Shown piece by piece: positions 28,242 to 37,794 of a stretch of 64,000 nt of DNA. The position numbers and the translations under genes are program-made. The stretch lies in assembly GCF_030149235.1 (NCBI RefSeq), contig NZ_JASBRW010000083.1, positions 47,964-111,963 of the forward strand, read 5' to 3'. A model generated the notes under the pieces. It worked only from the letters and a program-made list of their open reading frames with translations, was not told where the DNA came from and ran no database searches. This DNA comes from Maricaulis sp. (GTDB lineage: Bacteria; Pseudomonadota; Alphaproteobacteria; Caulobacterales; Maricaulaceae). Numbering within the stretch: the first letter of the stretch is position 1; each line of letters begins with the position of its first letter.

Positions 28242-29462
28242 ATGAACGAGATGACCCCGCTGAAACAGAAAGACGCCCCGGATCTCGGCAAGTTCGACTG
28301 GGCCGACCCGTTCCAGCTGGACAGCCAATTGACCGAGGAAGAACGCCTGGTTCGCGATGCGGCCCACGCCTATGCGCAGGACAAGCTGCAGCCTCGCGTC
28401 ATCGAAGCCTATCGCGAGGAAAAGACCGACCCGGCCATTTTCCGCGAAATGGGTGAGCTGGGCCTGCTCGGCGCGACCATCCCGGAAGAGTATGGCGGTG
28501 CCGGTCTGGGCTATGTCGCCTACGGTCTCGTCGCCCGCGAAGTCGAGCGCGTCGATTCGGGTTATCGCTCGATGATGTCGGTCCAGTCTTCCCTGGTGAT
28601 GTACCCGATCTACGCCTATGGCTCGGAAGAGCAGCGGCGCAAATACCTGCCGAAGCTGGCTTCGGGCGAATGGATTGGCTGTTTCGGCCTGACCGAGCCG
28701 GATGCCGGTTCCGACCCGGCCGGCATGAAGACCCGGGCGGAAAAGACTGCGAACGGTTACAAGCTGACCGGCTCGAAAATGTGGATCTCCAACTCCCCGA
28801 TCGCCGACGTCTTCGTCGTCTGGGCCAAGTCCGACGCCCATGACGGCAAGATCCGCGGCTTCGTCCTCGACAAGGACACGCCCGGCCTGACTGCGCCGAA
28901 AATCGGCGGCAAGCTGTCGCTGCGCGCCTCGATCACCGGCGAGATCGTCATGGATGGTGTTGAGGTTGGCGAGGACGCTCTGCTGCCCAACGTTTCCGGC
29001 CTGAAAGGACCGTTCGGCTGCCTCAATCGCGCCCGCTACGGCATTTCCTGGGGCGTCATGGGCGCGGCGGAATTCTGCTGGCACGCGGCGCGCCAATACG
29101 GTCTTGACCGCGTTCAGTTCAACCGCCCCCTGGCCCAGACCCAGCTCTACCAGAAGAAACTGGCCGACATGCAGACCGAGATCACCCTGGGCCTGCAAGG
29201 CTCGCTGCGCGTTGGCCGTCTGATGGACGAGGCCAAGGCGGCACCGGAGATGATCTCCATCATGAAGCGCAATAATTGTGGCAAGGCGCTCGATATCGCC
29301 CGCCTCTCCCGCGACATGCATGGCGGCAACGGGATCTCCGAGGAGTATCAGGTGATGCGCCATATGGCGAACTTGGAAACGGTCAACACCTATGAAGGCG
29401 CGCATGACGTCCACGCCCTCATCCTGGGGCGGGCCCAGACCGGTCTGCAGGCCTTTTTCTAG
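28242..29462 (+). CDS. gcdH: glutaryl-CoA dehydrogenase
   Basis: 406 aa with [22 protein letters not shown] and the C-terminal [16 protein letters not shown] characteristic of GCDH-type ACADs. Confidence 0.9.
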   Translation: MNEMTPLKQKDAPDLGKFDWADPFQLDSQLTEEERLVRDAAHAYAQDKLQPRVIEAYREEKTDPAIFREMGELGLLGATIPEEYGGAGLGYVAYGLVAREVERVDSGYRSMMSVQSSLVMYPIYAYGSEEQRRKYLPKLASGEWIGCFGLTEPDAGSDPAGMKTRAEKTANGYKLTGSKMWISNSPIADVFVVWAKSDAHDGKIRGFVLDKDTPGLTAPKIGGKLSLRASITGEIVMDGVEVGEDALLPNVSGLKGPFGCLNRARYGISWGVMGAAEFCWHAARQYGLDRVQFNRPLAQTQLYQKKLADMQTEITLGLQGSLRVGRLMDEAKAAPEMISIMKRNNCGKALDIARLSRDMHGGNGISEEYQVMRHMANLETVNTYEGAHDVHALILGRAQTGLQAFF

Positions 29463-29522
29463 GCCTCGCCCGAGCGCCCGCCCGGATTGCTCCGGGAAAG
29501 CGCCAGATTGCGTTATGAGACA

Positions 29523-29555
29523 AGCCGGGACAGCATCACACCCCGGCTTTTTTCT
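29523..29555 (+). terminator. intrinsic terminator after gcdH
   Basis: AGCCGGG-N12-CCCGGCT followed by T6. Confidence 0.6.
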
Positions 29556-29663
29556 CAAGCGAAATACTACTCTAATTATTCTTTTTGCCTCGATACCATT
29601 TCATGTTGCACCCCCTCACGCGATCGCTAGCGTCGTCATGCAATCTCAAAGGGAGCGTTTTGA

Positions 29664-29934
29664 ATGTTCAAGAAAACTGCGGGCGTTATGGCGGCTAGGG
29701 CCGCTGCACTGGCACTGACGGCGACGGCCTTCGCCTTCGTTGACACCACACTGGACGCCGCACCGGCCGAGGGCCCCGCGCCTGAGCTCGGCCGAGATCA
29801 GCGCCTATCTCAATGCCCAGGGCGGCGATGTGACCTGTGAGGAAATCATCGGGCCATTCGGTCAGTGCATCGCCCTCATTTGCACCGACAGTTTCGGCAA
29901 TCGCGAACTGCGCGATTGTGATGGAGACCTCTAG
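29664..29934 (+). pseudogene. small secreted Cys-rich protein gene split between two reading frames (frameshift, sequencing error or recoding)
   Basis: A GGGAG RBS precedes ATG 29664. The signal peptide MFKKTAGVMAARAAALALTATAFA is in frame 0, which stops at 29838. The high-GC3 4-Cys C-terminal part (SAEISAYLNAQGGDVTCEEIIGPFGQCIALICTDSFGNRELRDCDGDL) is in frame +1, which is open from 29698 to 29934. A strong terminator follows. Confidence 0.45.
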
Positions 29935-29962
29935 GTCACGCCACACCTGACGAAGCATGACA

Positions 29963-29996
29963 CGGCCCCGGCACGCTCAGCCGGGGCCGTTTTTTG
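29963..29996 (+). terminator. intrinsic terminator
   Basis: CGGCCCCGG-N9-CCGGGGCCG followed by T6. Confidence 0.8.
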
Positions 29997-30075
29997 CGGT
30001 CTCATCTGTAGCTTATGCAGCATCTGCCGCGACACCCCCTTGCGAGCATCGTCAGAGATCATTAGACCGGTGAGT

Positions 30076-30166
30076 GGACAGGTGGCCGAGTGGTCGAAGG
30101 CGCTCCCCTGCTAAGGGAGTAGGCGGTGTCCCCGTCTCGTGGGTTCGAATCCCATCCTGTCCGCCA
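30076..30166 (+). tRNA. tRNA-Ser (anticodon GCU)
   Basis: Acceptor stem GGACAGG/CCTGTCC, anticodon loop CUGCUAA, long variable arm, T-loop GGTTCGAATCC and an encoded CCA. Confidence 0.93.
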
Positions 30167-30234
30167 CTTTCTTCACTGATAATCCGAATGCGTTACTGCC
30201 GCACCAGAAGCGCTGCGCCCTGCCCGGCGATGGA

Positions 30235-30840
30235 TTAACAGGCGATCTTTTTCCAGACCTCAAACAGTTTTCGGCGGTTCTCATCATCCAGATGTACGCC
30301 GGCCTGAACCACCATTCCGCGAAGAAGATAGACCGTGAGTTCAACGAGGTCTGCAGCGCCAGGGCCGTATGGGTCACCAAGAGCCCGCATGGCCGTCACA
30401 GCAGTCTGATCGGTTTCCCGCACGGCCGGGCGAAGGACCGCGTCCGTGCGCGACGCGACCATGACCTCCATCCAGGAGTTCAAGAGATTGCCTTCAAAGC
30501 AGGCCCCCCAGAGGAAGTCGAAAACGTCTTCCAAGTGTTGGTCTGGACCGTCAGGCCTGCTCGTCGCTGTATCAATATCCCTTTGATAGCGCGCAACAAT
30601 CTCTTGAACGGCAGCGATCAGCAAGCTGTCCTTGGTGGGAAAGTGATGCGTCTGTGCGCCACGGGACACTCCGGCCCGTTTACAGATCTTCTGGGTGCTC
30701 GCATTGGCCCACCCTTCCTCAGCAATAATTTCAAGAGTCGCTTCGAGGAGGCGCGCGCGCATGGCGTCCGTGCGTTGCCCCTGTGTCGGGCGTATCCGCT
30801 CAGTGGCAGGTGTCATTGGTCTTATCCTGATTGACTCCAT
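30235..30840 (-). CDS. TetR/AcrR-family transcriptional regulator
   Basis: 201 aa with the N-terminal HTH region RARLLEATLEIIAEEGWANASTQKICKRAGVSRGAQTHHFPTKDSLL. Confidence 0.9.
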   Translation of the reverse strand: MESIRIRPMTPATERIRPTQGQRTDAMRARLLEATLEIIAEEGWANASTQKICKRAGVSRGAQTHHFPTKDSLLIAAVQEIVARYQRDIDTATSRPDGPDQHLEDVFDFLWGACFEGNLLNSWMEVMVASRTDAVLRPAVRETDQTAVTAMRALGDPYGPGAADLVELTVYLLRGMVVQAGVHLDDENRRKLFEVWKKIAC

Positions 30841-30843
30841 TCA

Positions 30844-30865
30844 ACATACAAACCATCCTGTATGT
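30844..30865. promoter_or_regulatory. candidate TetR operator
   Basis: Perfect ACATACA-N8-TGTATGT in the 68-nt divergent region between the TetR and Rieske genes. Confidence 0.4.
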
Positions 30866-30908
30866 AAGTTGGATTGGCAACCGCCTATTTGCGCGAGGTG
30901 TACACGTC

Positions 30909-32312
30909 ATGACGGACAGAGATATCGACAGGCCGGCCGGGCACCTGACGATAGGGCCGGACGGTCGCCCAACCCCGTCACTTCAGGATATCTACGCACA
31001 AGACAAGATCGCTCCGCCGGACCATATGCGCCAGGAATCCCGGGTCGAAATGGGCAATGACGACATTCCCGTCGAGCGATATTTCTCCAAGGCGTTTCAC
31101 GACCTCGAGATCGAGAAAGTCTGGCGCAAGACCTGGCAATGGGCGTGCCGTCTGGAAGACATCCCGAACGTTGGCGACCACATTGTCTACAATATCGCCC
31201 ATGATTCACTGATTGTCGTTCGAACCGGTGCCGGAAAGGCTGACATCCGTGCCTTTGTGAATTCCTGCCTGCACCGTGGGACCATGCTCCGCAAAGAAGG
31301 CGGCTGTGTGAAGCAGTTCCGCTGCCCGTTCCATGGCTTCACCTGGAACCTTGACGGCACGTTGAAAGAGGTTCCCGGTGCCTGGGACTTCAAGCATATC
31401 GACTGGAAGGATTTCAACCTCCCTGAAGCGCGGGTCGACATCTGGGGTGGGTTTGTATTCATCAATTTCGATCACGAGGGAGAGGACTTGCTCTCCTACC
31501 TCGAAATCCTGCCGGAACATTTCGAGAGCTTCGATCTGGAGAACCGCTACAAGGCCATCCATGTCGCCAAGGTCATGCCGTGTAACTGGAAGCTTTGTGC
31601 TGAGGCTTTCGTCGAGGCCTACCACGTGCCCTTCGCCCACCCTCAGTCATTGCCCTATTATGGTGACAGCAACACCCAGTACGATACCTGGCCCGGGGTA
31701 CGTCACATCAATCGGATGATCAGTGCGCAGGGCGTGCCGAGCCCTTCGCTCGGCGCCGATTTCGACCCGGAGAAAACGCGCACGCTGATGGAGCGCGATA
31801 CGCCGTTCTATAAATCTGCGGAGCCCGTCGTGAACGGTCAAACGCCGCGTGAACGGTTTGCCGAAATCGCGCGCAAGAAGATCTCGAAATCATCCGGTCG
31901 CGATGTGTCCGGGATTTCCGATGCGGTGGCGCTGGATCTTATCCAATACACGGTGTTCCCGAACTTTGTTCAGTTTGGCGGCGTCGGCCTCGCTGCCGGA
32001 TATCGATTCCGCCCTTACGGCGACGATCCGGAACGCTCGATCATGGAAATGTTTTTCCTGTTCCCCAAGGCCGAGGATGGGTCGCACCCGACACCGCCGG
32101 GCATTGTATGGCTCACCGAGGAGCAACCCTGGTCGACCGTCGAGGCGATGGGATCGGCCGCTATGGTTGTCGATCAGGATACCGATAATCTGATGCGCAT
32201 TCAGAAGGGCTTACGCACCAGTCGAAAGCCCGGCGCGACGCTGGCGACATATCAGGAAAGCCGTATCCGGCACTTCCACAGGACCCTGGACGCCTATATT
32301 GCGGCGGAGTGA
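30909..32312 (+). CDS. Rieske [2Fe-2S] aromatic-ring-hydroxylating oxygenase, alpha subunit
   Basis: 467 aa from MTDRDIDRPAG, with the Rieske motif CLHRG...CPFHGF and the mononuclear-iron motif EAFVEAYHVPFAH. Confidence 0.9.
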   Translation: MTDRDIDRPAGHLTIGPDGRPTPSLQDIYAQDKIAPPDHMRQESRVEMGNDDIPVERYFSKAFHDLEIEKVWRKTWQWACRLEDIPNVGDHIVYNIAHDSLIVVRTGAGKADIRAFVNSCLHRGTMLRKEGGCVKQFRCPFHGFTWNLDGTLKEVPGAWDFKHIDWKDFNLPEARVDIWGGFVFINFDHEGEDLLSYLEILPEHFESFDLENRYKAIHVAKVMPCNWKLCAEAFVEAYHVPFAHPQSLPYYGDSNTQYDTWPGVRHINRMISAQGVPSPSLGADFDPEKTRTLMERDTPFYKSAEPVVNGQTPRERFAEIARKKISKSSGRDVSGISDAVALDLIQYTVFPNFVQFGGVGLAAGYRFRPYGDDPERSIMEMFFLFPKAEDGSHPTPPGIVWLTEEQPWSTVEAMGSAAMVVDQDTDNLMRIQKGLRTSRKPGATLATYQESRIRHFHRTLDAYIAAE

Positions 32313-32792
32313 ATGATGAGCGCTACTGAACCAAACCTTCCCCACAAACACCTGATGACGCTTCGGCTGGATGTTGATTCTTCCGGCGCTGCGAGGATCG
32401 GCATGACCCCATCCGGTCAACGTACGATCGCACCGGTAACCGGTGGCGCTTTTGAGGGTGACCGATTGAATGGCGTGGTACTTCCCGGCGGAGCGGACTG
32501 GGTTTGCGTCCGCGCTGACGGAACCATGATGATTGACGTTCGACTGACCCTGCAGACCGATGACGACGTGTTGATCTATCTTACCTATCAGGGCCGCTTC
32601 ATTGGCGCAGAGGGAGCGATGAGCCAGCTTGCCCAGGGCAAGGCGCTGGAACCGGGCAGCTATTCACTCGTGACAGTCGCAAAATTTGAATGCGGCGAAC
32701 CTCGTTATGCTTGGCTCAACGACGTTGTTGCAGTCGGGGTCGGTGAGCCCTCCGGATTTAATCCTGTCTACTCCATCTATTCGATCGGCTGA
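32313..32792 (+). CDS. DUF3237 (UPF0311) family protein
   Basis: 159 aa with GQRTIAPVTGGAFEGDRLNGVVLPGGADW typical of DUF3237. Its start directly abuts the Rieske stop. Confidence 0.8.
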   Translation: MMSATEPNLPHKHLMTLRLDVDSSGAARIGMTPSGQRTIAPVTGGAFEGDRLNGVVLPGGADWVCVRADGTMMIDVRLTLQTDDDVLIYLTYQGRFIGAEGAMSQLAQGKALEPGSYSLVTVAKFECGEPRYAWLNDVVAVGVGEPSGFNPVYSIYSIG

Positions 32793-33173
32793 CAGGGAGG
32801 TCGCTCAAATATCGGGCTCAAAGCACGCATCAGTCATTACAGCGGCGAGTGCAAGTCAAGAACCGGTTCAGGCCGATGCGAAGTCATTAGACGTTCGTTA
32901 CGGTCCAGCCTCGTGTGGACCATCGCTTCCACCTCGAACGCCACATTCATCGCCGCGAGGATGTTCAGCAAAACCGCGCCACGGCCTCGGCCGAATGGCC
33001 CCAGCTCGCGACCTGAGTTGGGGCGAAAAATGCGACTTTGGAGCCCCATCCGCTCTCGTCTGACGCCACCGCCACTATTCCCCTCCGCTGTTTTCTTTCA
33101 GCCGCACCACGGACGTTGCGGTTCCCCATGCAACAGGTGCAAGCTCTATACGCGGAAACGGGGGCACCAAGAA

Positions 33174-34601
33174 ATGATCGCGATTGTGCGCTGGGTTTGG
33201 GCTGCAATGCTTCTGACCGTGTCGGGGGTGGCGTGGGCGACCCCGTCGACAGACGCGATGGCGCAATCTCTATGGCAGCGCTCGAGCGCCCCTGGGGTCG
33301 CCTATGCCTATATTGAAAACAATGAGATCGGCGCGGGAGCCCACGGAGAGGTACTGATCGGCAGTGGCGAACAGGTCACAGCCGACACGCCCTTCCCGTT
33401 GGGCTCGATCAGCAAAAGCTTCACGGCGCTGGCGATCATGCAGCAGGTTGAAGCCGGGCAGCTGCGTCTGGATGACGCCATCAGCACCTATCTGCCGGCT
33501 TTCGCCACTGGACCGGGCGAGACGATTACGCTGCGCCAGCTGCTGAGCCATACCAGCGGGTACTCTACGCTACAGGGCAATGAGAACCGGTTGAGCCGGG
33601 ACATGGGCGATGATGTGCTGCAAAGACAGGTCGAGCAGATTGCCAGCTGGCAGCCCGCCAACCCACCCGGTCAGTCCTGGGCCTATTCCAATGCCAACTA
33701 CCTGATCCTCGGCGCGGTGATCGAAACAGTCACCGGCCGCAGCTATGCCGAATATATCGAGACTGAGATCCTCGACCCGCTCGGGATGAGCCGGAGCTTC
33801 GTCGCGGACGGATCGACGCGCCCGGAAATGGTCGCGGCCCATCTGCCCTGGTTCGGCGGCCGCTGGGCTTTGAGCGGTCGCGAGACCGATCGCCTCAACG
33901 CGCCCGCAGGCGGTGTGATTGCCAGCGCCCGGGACGTTGCCCGCTATCTCGACATGATGATGAACCAGCAAGACGATCTGATCAGTGCCGAGCACAAGGC
34001 CCTGATGATGCGCCCGGCCAGCGAGGTCGCGCTCTTCTATGGCCTGGGCTGGTATGTCGACACCACGAACCAGATGGTCTCCCACACCGGATTGATCCCG
34101 GGCATCGAAACACTGGCGATCATGCAGCCGGCAGAGCGCCGGGCGGCCGTCGTCCTGGTCAATGCCAGCGGCGGGCTCGGCTTTGGCGAGACGGTTGATC
34201 TGCGATACGCCGTCGCGCTTCGTGGCGTGGGCATGGATTACTCTCCCGGCGGGGGCGTCTGGGGTCGCAAGATCCTGACGCTGACCTTCTGGCTGTTGCC
34301 CTTTCTGTTTGTAAGCGGGGTTGTGATTGCCTGGTTGAAGCGCAGCGGACTGCGAGCGAAAACCGGCCTGTCCGGGCTGTTCAGCCTCTGGTTCCCGTTC
34401 GCAATCAGCCTGGCCCTGGCGTGGGTTTGCCTGGCCCTCCTCCCCAGCCTGTTTGGTGTCTCCATCGCCACCCTGGCCCGCTACCAGCCGGACTGGACCA
34501 TCGGATTGTGGGCCAGTGCCGCCAGCGGACTTCTATGGGCTGTACTCCGGCTCGGGGTTTATCACACCGCCGGACAGGCAGCGGAGGAAAGATCTCGCTA
34601 G
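33174..34601 (+). CDS. beta-lactamase-fold serine hydrolase with C-terminal multi-TM domain
   Basis: 475 aa from MIAIVRWVWAAMLLTVSGVAWA, with SISK (SxxK), YSNANY (YxN) and HTG triads. The last ~120 aa contain about 4 hydrophobic helices. Confidence 0.85.
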   Translation: MIAIVRWVWAAMLLTVSGVAWATPSTDAMAQSLWQRSSAPGVAYAYIENNEIGAGAHGEVLIGSGEQVTADTPFPLGSISKSFTALAIMQQVEAGQLRLDDAISTYLPAFATGPGETITLRQLLSHTSGYSTLQGNENRLSRDMGDDVLQRQVEQIASWQPANPPGQSWAYSNANYLILGAVIETVTGRSYAEYIETEILDPLGMSRSFVADGSTRPEMVAAHLPWFGGRWALSGRETDRLNAPAGGVIASARDVARYLDMMMNQQDDLISAEHKALMMRPASEVALFYGLGWYVDTTNQMVSHTGLIPGIETLAIMQPAERRAAVVLVNASGGLGFGETVDLRYAVALRGVGMDYSPGGGVWGRKILTLTFWLLPFLFVSGVVIAWLKRSGLRAKTGLSGLFSLWFPFAISLALAWVCLALLPSLFGVSIATLARYQPDWTIGLWASAASGLLWAVLRLGVYHTAGQAAEERSR

Positions 34602-34710
34602 CAAGGCCTGGCTTGCAACGCGGCAGGGTCCGTGCTGGTCTCCTTGTCCTCGTCGATCCGCTCACCTGGATTTGCACTGTCCCGGGCCTAGTTCTGACCA
34701 AGAGGTGACC

Positions 34711-35592
34711 ATGAAATCGATCCGCACGCTTATCGTCATACTGATTGTTGCCCTTGTCGGGCTGGGCCTTTCCTATCTCGCCGGCATGGGCGACGAACGG
34801 GTAGCCGGATATTCGGTCATCTTTGTCTGCGCGGCTGTCGCCTTCGGGGTGAACTGGCTGGTCTTCATCCCCTCCGCTCTCGCCCGGACCGAGAAATTTT
34901 ACGACCTGACCGGCGCGATCACCTATCTCAGCGTCATCGGCGTTGCCGCCACCTTGTCCAAGCCCCTCGATCTGCGCGCGCTTGTCGTCGCCGCTCTGGT
35001 TGCGGTCTGGGCCATTCGCCTTGGCGGTTTTCTTTTCCTACGCATCCAGAAGGATGGCTTCGACCGGCGCTTTGACGAGATCAAGACCAATCCGCTGCGC
35101 TTCCTCGTCACCTGGAGCCTTCAGGGTCTGTGGGTCACGCTCACCGCTGCCTGCGCGGTGATGATCATCTCCAACGAAACGCGGCTGGAACCGGGCCTGT
35201 TTTTCTATGCCGGCCTGGCTTTGTGGCTGGTCGGCTTTGGCATCGAAGTCATCGCCGATGCGCAGAAGAGCGCTTTCCGCAAGGACGCGGCCAATGCCGG
35301 CCGCTTCATTTCCAGCGGTCTCTGGTCCTGGTCCAGGCACCCGAACTATGTCGGCGAAATCGTTTTGTGGCTGGGTATCGCCGTCATGGCGATCCCGGTG
35401 CTGAACGGCTGGCAATGGGTGGCGATGATCTCCCCGGTCTTCGTCTATCTGCTCCTGACCCGCGTCAGCGGCGTCCCGCTGCTGGAAAGACGCGCCGAGC
35501 AGAAATGGGGCGAAGACCCCGAATATCGCGCCTATTGCGAGGCGACGCCGGTTCTGTTTCCGCTTGGCGGTGGCGACAAGCGCGACGGGTAA
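34711..35592 (+). CDS. DUF1295 family membrane protein (steroid-5-alpha-reductase / ICMT-like fold)
   Basis: 293 aa from MKSIRTLIVIL. It is polytopic and has the WSWSRHPNYVGE motif. Confidence 0.82.
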   Translation: MKSIRTLIVILIVALVGLGLSYLAGMGDERVAGYSVIFVCAAVAFGVNWLVFIPSALARTEKFYDLTGAITYLSVIGVAATLSKPLDLRALVVAALVAVWAIRLGGFLFLRIQKDGFDRRFDEIKTNPLRFLVTWSLQGLWVTLTAACAVMIISNETRLEPGLFFYAGLALWLVGFGIEVIADAQKSAFRKDAANAGRFISSGLWSWSRHPNYVGEIVLWLGIAVMAIPVLNGWQWVAMISPVFVYLLLTRVSGVPLLERRAEQKWGEDPEYRAYCEATPVLFPLGGGDKRDG

Positions 35593-35652
35593 GCCCCCCG
35601 GTCCCTAACTCGTTTCAAACCGGCAGCTGCTCAAGGCTCATTTTGGACCAGG

Positions 35653-37581
35653 TCAGTCCTGAAGTGGCAGGTACTGCTCAAGCATACTTGATGTTTCTTC
35701 CAGAACCGTGCGCCGCGCCTGATGAGTACGAAGGTAGTGATCTTCACCTTCCATCACGACAAACCGGAAACTCTCCCGTGACCCCATTGCGCGCCTGAAC
35801 AATCGCGATTGCCCGATCGGAACGTTTATGTCCTCATCGCCATGGATAAGCAGCACCGGCGCCCGATAATCAGACGTGCGGCGGGCCGGCGTAATTCGGT
35901 CTCGCTCATCATCCCCGCGAAACCGGTCACCCCAATATCGCTCCCAATACCCGGTGAAGCGGTCATTGTACCGCCCCGCAGAAATGAACGCATACGGGTT
36001 GGTTACGCCATTGATAGCAGCGATACACCGTGTCTCTTCCGGGGCATGTAGACCAAGCATGAGCGCGGAATACCCGCCATAACTCGCCCCGATCGCGCAG
36101 TAGCCGTCGGGAGCAGCGACATTTCTAGCGACCAAGGCACGCCATCCATCGAGAACATCGAGAACATCGAGAACCATCGCATCGCCATACTCCCCGTATC
36201 CAGCCTGTTCGAACTCAAGACCGTATCCAGTAGAGCCCCGATAATTCGCTTGAAGGACGGCATAGCCAAGCGATGCGTAATGCGCGGCCCACCAATCGAA
36301 GTGAGCCGTATCCTGTGATCTTGGCCCCCCGTGCGGCATGAGGATCGTCCGAAACGGGCCCTCATCGAGCGTCCTGCCCGGCGGCAGCGTGACATAGCTG
36401 TGAATTTCGAGACCATCGCGAGCCGTGTAAGTGAATTCGATACGCTCTGGAACGTCAGGACTGGCGAGACTGTCCCGCTCAGTCGCGATCATCGTGACCT
36501 CGCCATTCTCGCGGTCGAACAAATAGTAGGCGCTAGGCTCGCCAGAATTGGTCGCCTCGACGGTGAACACGCGCCGGTCCGCACTCCAGGATGTTAGATT
36601 CAACGCCTCGCGTCCGAGGGCATTTCGCAAGCTACCTGCAATACCATCAAGTTCCTCGTCGAGATACGTATCGGTTCGCAAGCCCTCAATTTCCATGAAG
36701 CCGATCAGTTCCTGACTGTGAGGATCCATCAAGGGCGTTGGGTTTATGAGCGCGCTGGCTGCAGGATGCAGATCGGAAACGACCCCGGTCTCAAGGTCTA
36801 CACGCTTGAGCCCCTGATTTTCGCCGGACGGGAAGCTGACTGCAACCGCCTGATAATCATCGACAAGCCCCCAAATCTGCGGGCGATCAACTTCGTAGAC
36901 ACCCTCAAACACCAAGCGGCGCTCGCCCACTCTTGACCAGATCTCCCAATCATCGGTGCCGCATTCATTGCGGTACTCCGCGACGACGTTGCCAAGAGTA
37001 TCCAGGAACAGCGAGTCAACATTGCTGGTGGAGCGCTCGCGCAGCTCCATCTCGCCTGTCTGCAGGTCTACATTGTAGATGGAGGTGCGGTAACAACGAT
37101 CGCTGACCGAGAAAGTCGGCAGGTCCATTGCGATCTCATCCGGTGAGCCCTCGAGTACGGAAACAATGTAAGTCAGATCGAAATACTGCCGCTCGTCACC
37201 CATCAGAATGGCACTCTGACCAGTACTGGTATCATAGGCGACAGTCCGCGAGATGCCGTAATCATGGTTCCCCGACGACATGGAGAGATTGATCACCGTG
37301 TAGACGAAAAAGACCAGATATCGATCCGAAACCCAACGGAACTCGGTTATGAAGAAGCCATCTGGCTGTGGAATCAGCTTGGTCCCTTCCACGCCCGACA
37401 GATCGTACAGACAGATTTCTCTCACGCCTCTCGGCGTGCAACCAACAGCGAGTGTCGTTCCTCCGGGGGAAACTTCGACTTGCCATGCAGACGGGAGCTC
37501 TGAGAAGCGGTCGACGCTGACTTGAGCCATTACGCTCGGCACCACAAGAAACCAGACCAGAACGATTGAAATGATACGCAT
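35653..37581 (-). CDS. S9-family prolyl oligopeptidase / dipeptidyl aminopeptidase, secreted
   Basis: 642 aa from MRIISIVLVWFLVVPSVMAQ, with nucleophile GASYGGY, acid LLIHGDEDINVP and His GEDHYL. The listed 804-aa ORF is an upstream over-extension. Confidence 0.9.
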   Translation of the reverse strand: MRIISIVLVWFLVVPSVMAQVSVDRFSELPSAWQVEVSPGGTTLAVGCTPRGVREICLYDLSGVEGTKLIPQPDGFFITEFRWVSDRYLVFFVYTVINLSMSSGNHDYGISRTVAYDTSTGQSAILMGDERQYFDLTYIVSVLEGSPDEIAMDLPTFSVSDRCYRTSIYNVDLQTGEMELRERSTSNVDSLFLDTLGNVVAEYRNECGTDDWEIWSRVGERRLVFEGVYEVDRPQIWGLVDDYQAVAVSFPSGENQGLKRVDLETGVVSDLHPAASALINPTPLMDPHSQELIGFMEIEGLRTDTYLDEELDGIAGSLRNALGREALNLTSWSADRRVFTVEATNSGEPSAYYLFDRENGEVTMIATERDSLASPDVPERIEFTYTARDGLEIHSYVTLPPGRTLDEGPFRTILMPHGGPRSQDTAHFDWWAAHYASLGYAVLQANYRGSTGYGLEFEQAGYGEYGDAMVLDVLDVLDGWRALVARNVAAPDGYCAIGASYGGYSALMLGLHAPEETRCIAAINGVTNPYAFISAGRYNDRFTGYWERYWGDRFRGDDERDRITPARRTSDYRAPVLLIHGDEDINVPIGQSRLFRRAMGSRESFRFVVMEGEDHYLRTHQARRTVLEETSSMLEQYLPLQD

Positions 37582-37794
37582 ATTTGCTCCCCCAAGAGCG
37601 CGATCAAAACACTCGTCATAAGAGAGGTCAATCCATCTTGCCCCCTCTAATTGCGTTCGGTTTCCCGACAAAACTCCACAACGGTGCGAAACGCCCATCA
37701 CGCCCCGCGGTCCGCCGACAATATTTACCTCCCCGGTTCGACCGCTATGCTCGGGCGCATTCAACCTATGAATCACTTCGAGGGGAGCAGGATC

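Noticed and set aside
28089-29558. 489-aa ORF on the minus strand covering the whole gcdH locus
   Set aside because: It lies exactly antisense to a protein with clear glutaryl-CoA dehydrogenase motifs. Its composition is Arg/Gly/Ala/His-rich with no recognisable motif, typical of stop-poor antisense frames in high-GC DNA.
30076-35592. Genomic island integrated at tRNA-Ser
   Set aside because: I found no integrase, transposase or phage gene. I found no direct repeat of the tRNA 3' end by eye; the closest hit is only a 7-nt match near 37691. GC content and codon bias look like the flanks. The region is kept only as a weak possibility in the findings.
5913-35592. A unifying bile-acid/steroid theme linking the BASS transporter, the heteromeric ACAD operon and the DUF1295 (steroid-reductase-like) gene
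   Set aside because: The genes are 4-25 kb apart in separate transcription units. The family names (bile acid symporter, steroid reductase fold) are historical and do not imply substrate. No KstD/KshA/Hsa ring-degradation genes are present.
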